Below, piece after piece: positions 19,270 through 28,111 of a DNA stretch of 64,000 bases. Each line of letters begins with the position of its first letter. Within the stretch, counting starts at the first letter, position 1. Source of the DNA: Bacteroidales bacterium (GTDB taxonomy: Bacteria; Bacteroidota; Bacteroidia; Bacteroidales; VadinHA17). The DNA lies in contig JANYJP010000040.1 in the NCBI GenBank assembly GCA_025358455.1, forward strand, positions 1,758-65,757, in the 5' to 3' direction. The notes beneath the pieces are model-generated. The model was given only the letters and a program-made list of their open reading frames with translations. It did not search any database and was not told the DNA's origin. The translations under genes were made by a program, and so were the position numbers.

Positions 19270-21369
19270 ATGGATTATACGAATAAAACAAAAGAGGAAA
19301 TTTTAAATGAATTTTTTCAATTGCAACAGTCCTATAAATCCTTCAGAGAGCAAAACGAGAAGAACCTTATTTTATTAAAACAAGCTGAGCTTGAAGTCAC
19401 TAAAAGTGAAGAAAAATTCAGAAAAGCCTTTATGACAAGTTCTGATTCTGTAAACATAAACAGATTGTCAGATGGAATGTACGTATCAATAAATAATGGA
19501 TTTACAAATATTTTAGGCTATACAGAAGCGGAAGTAATCGGGAAAACCTCTATTGAATTAAATATATGGGTTGAGGAGGAAACCCGAAGCATTCTGGTAA
19601 ATAAACTTAAAGACCAGGGAAGAGTGGAAAATTATGAAGCCATTTTTCGCAAGAAGGGTGGCGATTTGGTATATGGATTAATGTCAGCATCAATTATTGA
19701 CCTGGATGGAATTCCCCATCTTCTAAATGTAACAAAGGATATTTCAGGACGAAAGCTGATTGAACGAGCCCTGACACAGGAACAATTTCTCGTTGACGCC
19801 CTCATGAATAATCTCACTGACCATATTTATTTTAAAGACAGGGAAAGCAAGTTTATAAGAATCAACAGAGCCCATGCACATTCATTTGGATTGCCTGATC
19901 CTGACTTTGCTGCCGGGAAATCAGATTTTGATTTTTTTACAGAACAGGCTGCAAACAAGGCTTTTGACGATGAACAAAATATCATCAGGACAGGTCAATC
20001 GGTTTTTAAAGAAGAAAAACTTACCAGGAAGGATAACTCTGATGCATGGTTTTCAGTCAAGAAGATGCCTTTGCAGGATAAAACAGGTAATATAATTGGA
20101 ACTTTTGGGATATCCAGAGACATTACAGAACTAAAAAGGAGAGAACTTGAATCCCATGTATTGTTTGAGATAACACAGGGAATTACAACTTCAGACAACC
20201 TTGAAGAGTTGCTGAAGCTGATGCATAACTCACTCGGTAAAGTTATATATGCTGAGAACTGTTTTGTGGCATTGCATGACTACAAAACAGGTTTATTCAG
20301 TTTCCCTTATTTTGTAGATCAATACGATTCAGTTCCTCAACCTCAATCAATGGGTAAAAGCTGTACGGCTTATGTTTTTCGTACAATAAAACCATTTTTG
20401 TTCAGGCAGGAAGAATATGAAAAGCTACTTAAAAAAAATGAAGTCGAATTAGTTGGTTCAGCTTCCCCATCCTGGATCGGAATCCCATTGCAGACACCTT
20501 CAAAAGTTATAGGTGTATTAGTTCTTCAACATTATGAAATTGAAAACGTCTATACAGAATCCGATTTAAAATTTCTTATATCTGTCGGAAGTCAGATCGC
20601 CTTATCTATTGAACGTAAACAGGCTGAAGAAGAAATAAAACAAAAGAATGAACTCCTTCTTGGAATTAATGCGGAAAAAGACAAATTTTTTTCAATTCTT
20701 GCTCATGACCTCAGGGGTCCTCTGAGTGCCTTTGTTGCTGCTACCCAGATACTCACTGAAGAGATACAAACAATGGATATTGAGGAGATAAGGGAAATTA
20801 CAGTAAGCATGAAAACATCGGCAACTAATATCTACAATCTTCTTGAAAACCTTCTTGAATGGTCAAGAATTAAAAGAGGTACAATAAATTTTAATCCTGA
20901 AAAGTTTCTTTTGTTTGCGAAAATAGATGACTGTGTAAAAATGATTTTGGAACAGGCAAAGAAAAAGAATATTACAATTGGCTTTTCTATACCTGACGAT
21001 ATGGAGGTGTATGCTGATTCACATATGTTTGATACTGTGGTACGTAACCTGGTTTCCAATGCTATAAAATTTACCCCAAATGGGGGAAACATAATAATCT
21101 CGGCTTCTGAATTGCATGACAATAATATTGAGATCAAAATTCATGATAATGGTATTGGGATGAAACAGGATCTGATAAGTAAGTTATTTATAGTTAATGA
21201 AAAGACCTCACGTTCCGGTACTGATGGTGAGCCAAGCACCGGGCTTGGATTAACGTTGTGCAAAGAGTTTATAGAGAAACACGGGGGGACGATCAATGTT
21301 GAAAGTGAAGAAGGATCAGGAAGTACATTTAGTTTTACAATACCGGAATTGAAAATTAAGTTAGTATGA
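19270..21369 (+). CDS. Cytoplasmic PAS-PAS-GAF sensor histidine kinase (no cognate response regulator adjacent)
   Basis: About 699 aa from the ATG at 19270 (the track uses the GTG at 19261). H-box FSILAHDLRGPL. ATPase boxes NAIKFT, DNGIGM and GLGLTLC. No transmembrane segment is evident. Confidence 0.85.
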   Translation: MDYTNKTKEEILNEFFQLQQSYKSFREQNEKNLILLKQAELEVTKSEEKFRKAFMTSSDSVNINRLSDGMYVSINNGFTNILGYTEAEVIGKTSIELNIWVEEETRSILVNKLKDQGRVENYEAIFRKKGGDLVYGLMSASIIDLDGIPHLLNVTKDISGRKLIERALTQEQFLVDALMNNLTDHIYFKDRESKFIRINRAHAHSFGLPDPDFAAGKSDFDFFTEQAANKAFDDEQNIIRTGQSVFKEEKLTRKDNSDAWFSVKKMPLQDKTGNIIGTFGISRDITELKRRELESHVLFEITQGITTSDNLEELLKLMHNSLGKVIYAENCFVALHDYKTGLFSFPYFVDQYDSVPQPQSMGKSCTAYVFRTIKPFLFRQEEYEKLLKKNEVELVGSASPSWIGIPLQTPSKVIGVLVLQHYEIENVYTESDLKFLISVGSQIALSIERKQAEEEIKQKNELLLGINAEKDKFFSILAHDLRGPLSAFVAATQILTEEIQTMDIEEIREITVSMKTSATNIYNLLENLLEWSRIKRGTINFNPEKFLLFAKIDDCVKMILEQAKKKNITIGFSIPDDMEVYADSHMFDTVVRNLVSNAIKFTPNGGNIIISASELHDNNIEIKIHDNGIGMKQDLISKLFIVNEKTSRSGTDGEPSTGLGLTLCKEFIEKHGGTINVESEEGSGSTFSFTIPELKIKLV

Positions 21370-21490
21370 CATATAATTATAAGACCAAAGAAGAGCTCAG
21401 CATTTTGCGATAACTATAAAAGCAAAGCAATAAGAAAACCGACCTTCTGGAAAAGCTTAATGAGTTTGCCGGGAACAGAGACAGATAAAA

Positions 21491-23533
21491 TTACTTTTTA
21501 TAATTTTTCAGGTACGCGGTTACCTGTTTATATACATTATCCGCGGTGAATCCAAGTTTTTCATCAAGTACCTTATATGGAGCTGAAAAACCAAAACTAT
21601 TCATACCCCATACTGATCCTTTCGCACCAACCAACCCTCGTAAAGTAATTGATAAGCCTGCAGTTAATCCGAATACTGGAATATTGTCGGGTATGATTGA
21701 TTCGCGGTATTCTTCAGTCTGATTCCTGAATAAACCCTCCGACGGGGCAGAAACAATCCTTATATTAAGTTTGTCTTTTCTAAGAAGACCCGCTCCCTCA
21801 ACAAGTGTGGCCACCTCTGAACCACTTGCGATCAGAATTACATCAGGCTTTCCTGCACAATCCTGAACAACATATGCGCCTTTTTCAGATTTAAGCGCAT
21901 CAGAATACCTGTTATTGTTATCAGATGGTAAATCTTTGATATTCTGCCTCGATAATATTAAAGCTGTTGGGGTCGTTTTATTCTCAAGAGCCATCTTCCA
22001 TGCTACTTTGGTTTCATTGCTGTCGGCAGGTCTCAGTACCAACATACTGTTTACCCCGTGATGGTTTCTAATCTGTTCCATTAAACGAAGCTGTGCCTCC
22101 TGTTCAACCGGCTGATGAGTAGGTCCGTCTTCTCCAACTCTGAAGGCATCATGAGTCCAGATATACTTGACTGGCAATCCCATAAGACACGCGAGCCGGA
22201 CAGCAGGTTTCATATAATCTGAAAAAACAAAGAAAGTTCCACAGGCAGGTATTACGCCACCATGAAGAGCCATCCCGTTTATAAGCGCTGCCATTGTCAG
22301 TTCAGAAACACCAGACTGAAGAAATGCACCTGAGAAATCGCCATGGGTAAATGCGTGAGTATTTTTAAGGAATCCATCTGTTTTATCAGAATTAGACAGA
22401 TCGGCTGATGCAACAATCATATTCTCAATCTTTTTTGCATAAACACCAAGAACAGCAGCCGATGCTGCTCTGGTAGCTAAACCTTCTTTATTTTGTATAT
22501 TATTATAATCTATATCAGGAATATCAGCGGTATAAAAATTATGAAGCTTAGTAGCCAGTTCGTTGTTTTTTGACACCCAGTCAATTTTTCTTTTTTCCCA
22601 ACCGAGGGCTATTCTGGCTTTTTCTGAGAGTACATTCCTGTAAAATTCTTTTACTTCATCAAAAATCCGGAAAGGATTTGCCATATCTCCTCCCAGGTTG
22701 ATAAGAGACTTTTCAAATGACCCGCCTGCCTCACTTACAGGCATACCATGAGTTGATGTTTTTCTTTCGAAACTTTTTCCTTCATTATCAAGAAGGCCCT
22801 TTCCCATTGTTGTTTTCCCGATAATAATTGTTGGCTTATCCTTTTCTTTAATTGCTGAGGTTAGCGCTTTTCTGATCTGGCTTTGGTCGTTACCGTCAAT
22901 TTTAATAACGTTCCATCCCCAGGCAGTGTATTTCATACCTGTGTCTTCAATTGTTACAGCTTTGGTTTCAGTAGAAAGTTGAATATCATTTGAATCATAG
23001 AACATAATGAGATTACTCAGACCAAGATAACCGGCCACACGTCCGGCCCCTTGTGAAATTTCTTCCTGAACACCTCCATCGGAAATGTAAGTAAATATTT
23101 TATGGGAAAATAATTCCCCAAAACGGGCAACAAGAAACCTTTCGGCAATTGCTGCTCCAACGGCCATCGTATGCCCCTGGCCCAGTGGTCCCGATGTATT
23201 TTCAATACCTCTTGTAATATCAAATTCCGGATGTCCGGGCGTCGGACTGCCCCACTGACGGAAATTCTTTAATTCATCAGTAGTGAAATGACCGGTAAGA
23301 GTAAGAATAGCATAGAGCATTGGCGACATATGGCCCGGATCAAGAAAAAATCTGTCACGATTCATCCAGGCTGGGTTTTTCGGATCGAAATTCAGGAACT
23401 CAGAAAAGAGTATATGAATAAAATCAGCGCCACCCATTGCACCACCCGGATGTCCGGATTTTGATTTTTCCACCATCGACATTGCCAGTACGCGGATATT
23501 ATCTGCAGCTCTTTGATTGATATCAATATTCAT
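21491..23533 (-). CDS. tkt: Transketolase
   Basis: 680 aa. Motifs SGHPGGAMGGADF and VGEDGPTHQPVEQ. Confidence 0.95.
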   Translation of the reverse strand: MNIDINQRAADNIRVLAMSMVEKSKSGHPGGAMGGADFIHILFSEFLNFDPKNPAWMNRDRFFLDPGHMSPMLYAILTLTGHFTTDELKNFRQWGSPTPGHPEFDITRGIENTSGPLGQGHTMAVGAAIAERFLVARFGELFSHKIFTYISDGGVQEEISQGAGRVAGYLGLSNLIMFYDSNDIQLSTETKAVTIEDTGMKYTAWGWNVIKIDGNDQSQIRKALTSAIKEKDKPTIIIGKTTMGKGLLDNEGKSFERKTSTHGMPVSEAGGSFEKSLINLGGDMANPFRIFDEVKEFYRNVLSEKARIALGWEKRKIDWVSKNNELATKLHNFYTADIPDIDYNNIQNKEGLATRAASAAVLGVYAKKIENMIVASADLSNSDKTDGFLKNTHAFTHGDFSGAFLQSGVSELTMAALINGMALHGGVIPACGTFFVFSDYMKPAVRLACLMGLPVKYIWTHDAFRVGEDGPTHQPVEQEAQLRLMEQIRNHHGVNSMLVLRPADSNETKVAWKMALENKTTPTALILSRQNIKDLPSDNNNRYSDALKSEKGAYVVQDCAGKPDVILIASGSEVATLVEGAGLLRKDKLNIRIVSAPSEGLFRNQTEEYRESIIPDNIPVFGLTAGLSITLRGLVGAKGSVWGMNSFGFSAPYKVLDEKLGFTADNVYKQVTAYLKNYKK

Positions 23534-23620
23534 TTATGCAAAAATTTTAGTTACGAATAATGTTAACAAAAATAAGATATTTTTTATTCATTTAACCTGG
23601 AAAGTCTAATCTCCTGATGC

Positions 23621-23842
23621 ATGGAAAGGATATTGAGAGCATTAATTGCAGATGATGAAGAAAATGCCCGAAAACTTCTGAATAAATTGCTTGAGGAAAC
23701 CTTATACTTCTGTGAGATTAAGGAAGCCCAGTATTTAGCAAAGGCCATAAGCGAAGCTGAAGCCACGGCAGACACAGAATGTAAAAATCAGGGCAATTCC
23801 GGAATTGATTCATTGAACTTTTTGATAAGTTCATTCATGTAA
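23621..23842 (+). pseudogene. Possible decayed response-regulator gene (receiver N-terminus only)
   Basis: ILRALIADDEENARKLLNKLLEE resembles the beta1-alpha1 region of LytTR/CheY-type receivers. The rest lacks the phospho-acceptor context. Only about 390 bp is available before the next gene. Weak call. Confidence 0.3.
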
Positions 23843-24014
23843 CTGCCTGCAAAAAGGTTTCCGGTAAATCTTTCAAATCGAATACACAACCATCGGAAAC
23901 AATACCAATAAAATATTCATGAGAGGGTACCAGATTTACCAGCTCTTTTTGGAAATCCATATGTTGAAAAATATTTATTATATCGGCGACATTTAAGGTA
24001 AATTATGGTTGAAC

Positions 24015-24746
24015 TCAGAACCTGAAACCATATTTTATTTCTAACCTGTTATAGGAATTTTTATATGTTGAGGTCTGTTTCTGAAAAGTTGCTTCCTGAT
24101 AGCTTGTATGAAGGTTTCTGTATGCAAAACTCAGATATGTTTCACCATACTCTTTGGCCCAGGAGATCCCTGTCCCAAGGGTAAATGACCCTCCGCCTTC
24201 GAATGACTTAGGGATGTTATATTGAGGGGTCGCCTGATCAGTTCCTTCAAAATCTCCATTAATATGGAATAGTTTTCCTCCTCTGATAAATATAAAAGGT
24301 GTTGTTTTATCTTCAGAAAAGAGAACTTTATACTCCAGAAAAAGCGGCATGAAAGGCTGACCGAGATATTCCACCCCGGAGCCTGCTCCAAAAATATTTC
24401 TGGTATTTCGTGCAATATTAATCAGGAAATTGAAGCTGAATGGTGCATCATATTTACTGCTTTGTGCTCCTGCAAGTATTCCGGCTTCCAAAGCAAATCC
24501 TCCGCCTTTTTTCTTCCTGCCATTAAAAACTATTGTTTCATTCTGATATTTTTCTATTTCTGTCTTTGGATAGATAAAGATGCTGCCATCTGAAGTCTGA
24601 AGCTTAAACAGAGTATCTGTAACTTCTATTAGTTTCCCATAAATTTTACTGCCATTTTTCAAATAAAGTACATCTTTTGTATTTTGTGCTGAAGCCGGTA
24701 ACAGGCATAATATCAGCATTATAAAGTAAGCAATGAGTTTTTTCAT
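24015..24746 (-). CDS. Hypothetical secreted protein, probably an outer-membrane beta-barrel
   Basis: 243 aa. Signal peptide LCLLPASAQ. The C-terminal region is rich in alternating Gly and aromatic residues and ends in ...YGFRF. Confidence 0.55.
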   Translation of the reverse strand: MKKLIAYFIMLILCLLPASAQNTKDVLYLKNGSKIYGKLIEVTDTLFKLQTSDGSIFIYPKTEIEKYQNETIVFNGRKKKGGGFALEAGILAGAQSSKYDAPFSFNFLINIARNTRNIFGAGSGVEYLGQPFMPLFLEYKVLFSEDKTTPFIFIRGGKLFHINGDFEGTDQATPQYNIPKSFEGGGSFTLGTGISWAKEYGETYLSFAYRNLHTSYQEATFQKQTSTYKNSYNRLEIKYGFRF

Positions 24747-24819
24747 AGTAATTCAGGTTAAGGTTGTTAATAGTTTAGCATGATTTTTGTTTTATATATT
24801 CAGACTAAACCTGAAACTC

Positions 24820-26112
24820 ATGAAAGCAAAAATCATTCCAATTTTAACAGCGCTTATATTTTTTTCAATAATCTTTTATTCCTGTGAAGAAGGCACAATA
24901 AGAGAGTACAAGGGCTATGCACCTGTTTATATGACGTATAAAGATTTGCGGGCTGCTATAACAACAGAACAAAATGTGGATCTTAAAAACCCGGGGAAGA
25001 TCTATTTTAAGGATAATTATATCTTCATTGTTGATGAATTTAAGGGAATTCATGTTTTTGATAATACTGATCCATCATCCCCCGTAAATAAAGTGTTTAT
25101 AAAACTGCCGGGCGTAGTTGATATTTCAATGTCAGGCACCATAATGTATGCCGACAGCTATATTGATCTTGTAGTGCTTGATGTTGCAGATATCAATAAT
25201 ATTCATGAAACAGGCAGGTTAAAGGATATTCTGCCATACACTGTCACTCCTACAAAGACAAATGATTTTCCCATGGGTTATGTAGATAAAGATAAAGGAA
25301 TAGTGGTTGACTGGGAATTAAGAACAATAAAGGAAAAAGTAGAGGTAAATCCAAATCCGAATCCATATCCTGTTTACTTTGGAGGAAGTCTGGCTTTTTA
25401 CGATAAAATGAATGCTTCAGGGGCTTCATCGGGTATTAGCGGGAGTGGGGTAGGAGTTGGCGGATCAATGGCCAGGTTTGGAATAAAAGGCAATATTCTG
25501 TATATGGTCAATAGTAATTCACTTAAGATATTTGATATTTCAAATAAAACAGAACCTTCTAAAATAAATGAATTCAATGTCGGATGGAATATTGAAACTA
25601 TGTTCCTCACTGAAAAATCAATGTTCCTGGGTACAACAAACGGTATGGTAATTTATGATATAACAAACCCATCAACGCCATTCTCTCAGGCTTTTTTTAC
25701 ACATGCCAGAAGTTGCGATCCCGTAATTGTTGATGATACCCTCGCGTACATTTCGCTTAGAAGCGGTACTACTTGTGCATGGGGACTTAACGTTCTCGAT
25801 GTTGTTAATATTAAAAACATTAATAAGCCAATCTCAGTAGCGTCGTATTCGATGGTGAATCCGCACGGATTAGGAAAAAACGGAGATCTTCTGTTTATCT
25901 GTGACGGAACTGCAGGGTTGAAAATTTATGATGCATCAGATCCAAGGAATATAACAGGTCATCTTATTTATTCTTATCCTTATATTAATGCTTTTGATGT
26001 TATTCCAATCGGCAACGTTCTGATTCTGATAGGAAATGATGGCCTCTACCAGTATAATTATTCCAACATCAGGAATATTACATTGCTGAGTTCAATATTG
26101 GTGGTGAAATAA
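24820..26112 (+). CDS. LVIVD-repeat lipoprotein (beta-propeller-like), function unknown
   Basis: Lipobox FYSCEEG after the ATG at 24820. Repeated hydrophobic-D motifs (LVVLDV, LKIFDIS, MVIYDIT, LNVLDVV, LKIYDAS) are typical of the LVIVD repeat. Confidence 0.7.
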   Translation: MKAKIIPILTALIFFSIIFYSCEEGTIREYKGYAPVYMTYKDLRAAITTEQNVDLKNPGKIYFKDNYIFIVDEFKGIHVFDNTDPSSPVNKVFIKLPGVVDISMSGTIMYADSYIDLVVLDVADINNIHETGRLKDILPYTVTPTKTNDFPMGYVDKDKGIVVDWELRTIKEKVEVNPNPNPYPVYFGGSLAFYDKMNASGASSGISGSGVGVGGSMARFGIKGNILYMVNSNSLKIFDISNKTEPSKINEFNVGWNIETMFLTEKSMFLGTTNGMVIYDITNPSTPFSQAFFTHARSCDPVIVDDTLAYISLRSGTTCAWGLNVLDVVNIKNINKPISVASYSMVNPHGLGKNGDLLFICDGTAGLKIYDASDPRNITGHLIYSYPYINAFDVIPIGNVLILIGNDGLYQYNYSNIRNITLLSSILVVK

Positions 26113-26447
26113 AATTTCTAATACACTCGAAACATTCACTAAAAAATTTCATATTTTGTTTATCAAAAGAGTAACAAAGTTGCATTCTACAAATGATTAC
26201 TTACTCTTAAGCAATTTGCTGTTTTTTTGTAATTTTCAGCAACCACAGGCCGACCCATAATTAAGTGCGAACTCCTCACCTGATATGCCTTTGATCCCTA
26301 GTCCTGTTCTTTAGTTTCATTCTAAATTAAAAACAATGACTTATGTAAGCTTTTTTTAAAAAGTATTGTTATTAATTTAACAGCACTTTTAAATGACCAA
26401 ATTTTAAAGCTTATATATTTATTTAATTACTTAAAAACCAAATAGAA

Positions 26448-26912
26448 ATGTATCAAGTAGGAAATCTAGTTAAGGAATTGTCCGACAAACACGGTCGTGC
26501 AAGGGAGAGCCTTATGCCAATTCTTCAGGGTATTGTACAAAAGCACAATTACCTCACTGATGAGGCTATGGTTGAAGTTGCAAGGGAACTCGATATCTCG
26601 GCCGCTGAAGTTTACGGAACAGCTTCGTTTTACACCTTTCTCGACACTCAGGTGAAAGGTAAGTATGTTATAAGAGTCTGTAAAACAATTACATGCTCAA
26701 TGAAAGGGAAGAGTGATATTATTGAGACTCTCGAAGAAATTCTTAAGATAAAAGTAGGTGAAACAACTCCTGACAGTCAGTTTAGTCTGATTGAAACCAA
26801 CTGCATTGGGTGGTGTCATAAAGCTCCGGCTATTTTAATTAACGAGATGCCGTATACAGAGCTTACCTCTGAAAAAGTGAGTGAGATTATTAAAGATTAT
26901 ATGCAAAAATAA
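26448..26912 (+). CDS. hydC: NuoE/HydC-like thioredoxin-fold [2Fe-2S] subunit of a multimeric [FeFe]-hydrogenase
   Basis: 154 aa. Cysteine pattern CKTITC ... CIGWCHKAP. Confidence 0.85.
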   Translation: MYQVGNLVKELSDKHGRARESLMPILQGIVQKHNYLTDEAMVEVARELDISAAEVYGTASFYTFLDTQVKGKYVIRVCKTITCSMKGKSDIIETLEEILKIKVGETTPDSQFSLIETNCIGWCHKAPAILINEMPYTELTSEKVSEIIKDYMQK

Positions 26913-26927
26913 ATATCCGGCAAAATC

Positions 26928-28088
26928 ATGGAAAATAAAGGACTAAATAAGGTTGACCTTATATTCGAAAAAATAGATAACCGTGAAGTGCTTGAAAAAG
27001 CTTTCAGGATGAGCAGAGAAGAGATTATCCGGGAAGTACTCGATTCAGGTCTTAAAGGTCGTGGAGGAGCTGGATTTCCAACTGGTATGAAATGGAAATT
27101 TACTGCCGCAGAAAAGAGCCCCGATAAATACATTGTTTGTAATGCTGACGAAGGCGAACCAGGGACGTTCAAGGATCGTGAGATACTCGACAGGGTTTCC
27201 AATAAGGTTCATGGCGGTATGGCAATAGCCGGGAAAGCTATTGGTGCGAAAAAGGGTATTGTTTATCTGCGCGGTGAATACAGGTATCTTTTACCAAAAC
27301 TGATGACTGAACTCGATGCTTTTCAGAAACAGATAAAAGAAATAGGTTACGACTTCAATATTGAGTACCGGATGGGAAGCGGCGCATATATTTGCGGTGA
27401 GGAAAGTGCTCTTTTTGAGTCAATTGAAGGGAAACGTGGCGAACCTCGCAATAAACCTCCTTATCCGACTGTATCAGGTCTTTTTGACAAACCTACCTCA
27501 ATAAATAATGTTGAGACACTGGTAACTGCCATGATGATAATGAAACATGGTGCCAAAAACTTTACTCAGTATGGTACAAAAGATTCAAGAGGATCGAAAG
27601 TGTTTAGCGTATCAGGTGATACCCCTACTCCGGGTATTTTTGAACTTGAACTTGGAATGACTGTTCAGCAGTTTGTTAATGAATTTGGCGATGGTGATAC
27701 CAAAGCAGTTCAGGTAGGAGGCGCTTCAGGTTTCTGTGTTCCGCGTAAGAAATTTGCAGAGACTATTATAGGTTTTGAGGGTGTCCCTACGGGCGGTTCA
27801 ATGAAACTTTTCAATAGTTCAAGGTCGATGTATAATGTTCTTCATAACTATCTTGATTTCTTTACTGAAGAGTCATGCGGCCAATGTACGCCATGTCGTG
27901 TCGGTTGCCAGCAGTTACTTAAAGGTGTCGAAAAAGTGAAGAAGGGTGAGGCAAAATCAACTTACCTCAATGAACTTATTAAACTGGCAGATACCATGAA
28001 GATTGCAGCTAAATGCGGTCTTGGACAATCAGTTGGAAATGCATTTAAATCAATAGTTGGTAACTTCCGGGAAGAAATCATCTATTAA
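26928..28088 (+). CDS. hydB: NuoF/HydB-like NAD(P)H- and FMN-binding subunit, minimal form (386 aa)
   Basis: GLKGRGGAGFPTGMKW, ICGEESALFESIEGKRGEPR, and a single [4Fe-4S] site ESCGQCTPCRVG ... KCGLGQS. There is no N-terminal [2Fe-2S] domain and no C-terminal ferredoxin domain. Confidence 0.85.
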   Translation: MENKGLNKVDLIFEKIDNREVLEKAFRMSREEIIREVLDSGLKGRGGAGFPTGMKWKFTAAEKSPDKYIVCNADEGEPGTFKDREILDRVSNKVHGGMAIAGKAIGAKKGIVYLRGEYRYLLPKLMTELDAFQKQIKEIGYDFNIEYRMGSGAYICGEESALFESIEGKRGEPRNKPPYPTVSGLFDKPTSINNVETLVTAMMIMKHGAKNFTQYGTKDSRGSKVFSVSGDTPTPGIFELELGMTVQQFVNEFGDGDTKAVQVGGASGFCVPRKKFAETIIGFEGVPTGGSMKLFNSSRSMYNVLHNYLDFFTEESCGQCTPCRVGCQQLLKGVEKVKKGEAKSTYLNELIKLADTMKIAAKCGLGQSVGNAFKSIVGNFREEIIY

Positions 28089-28111
28089 TCATTTAATCAA
28101 AAAGAAGAATC

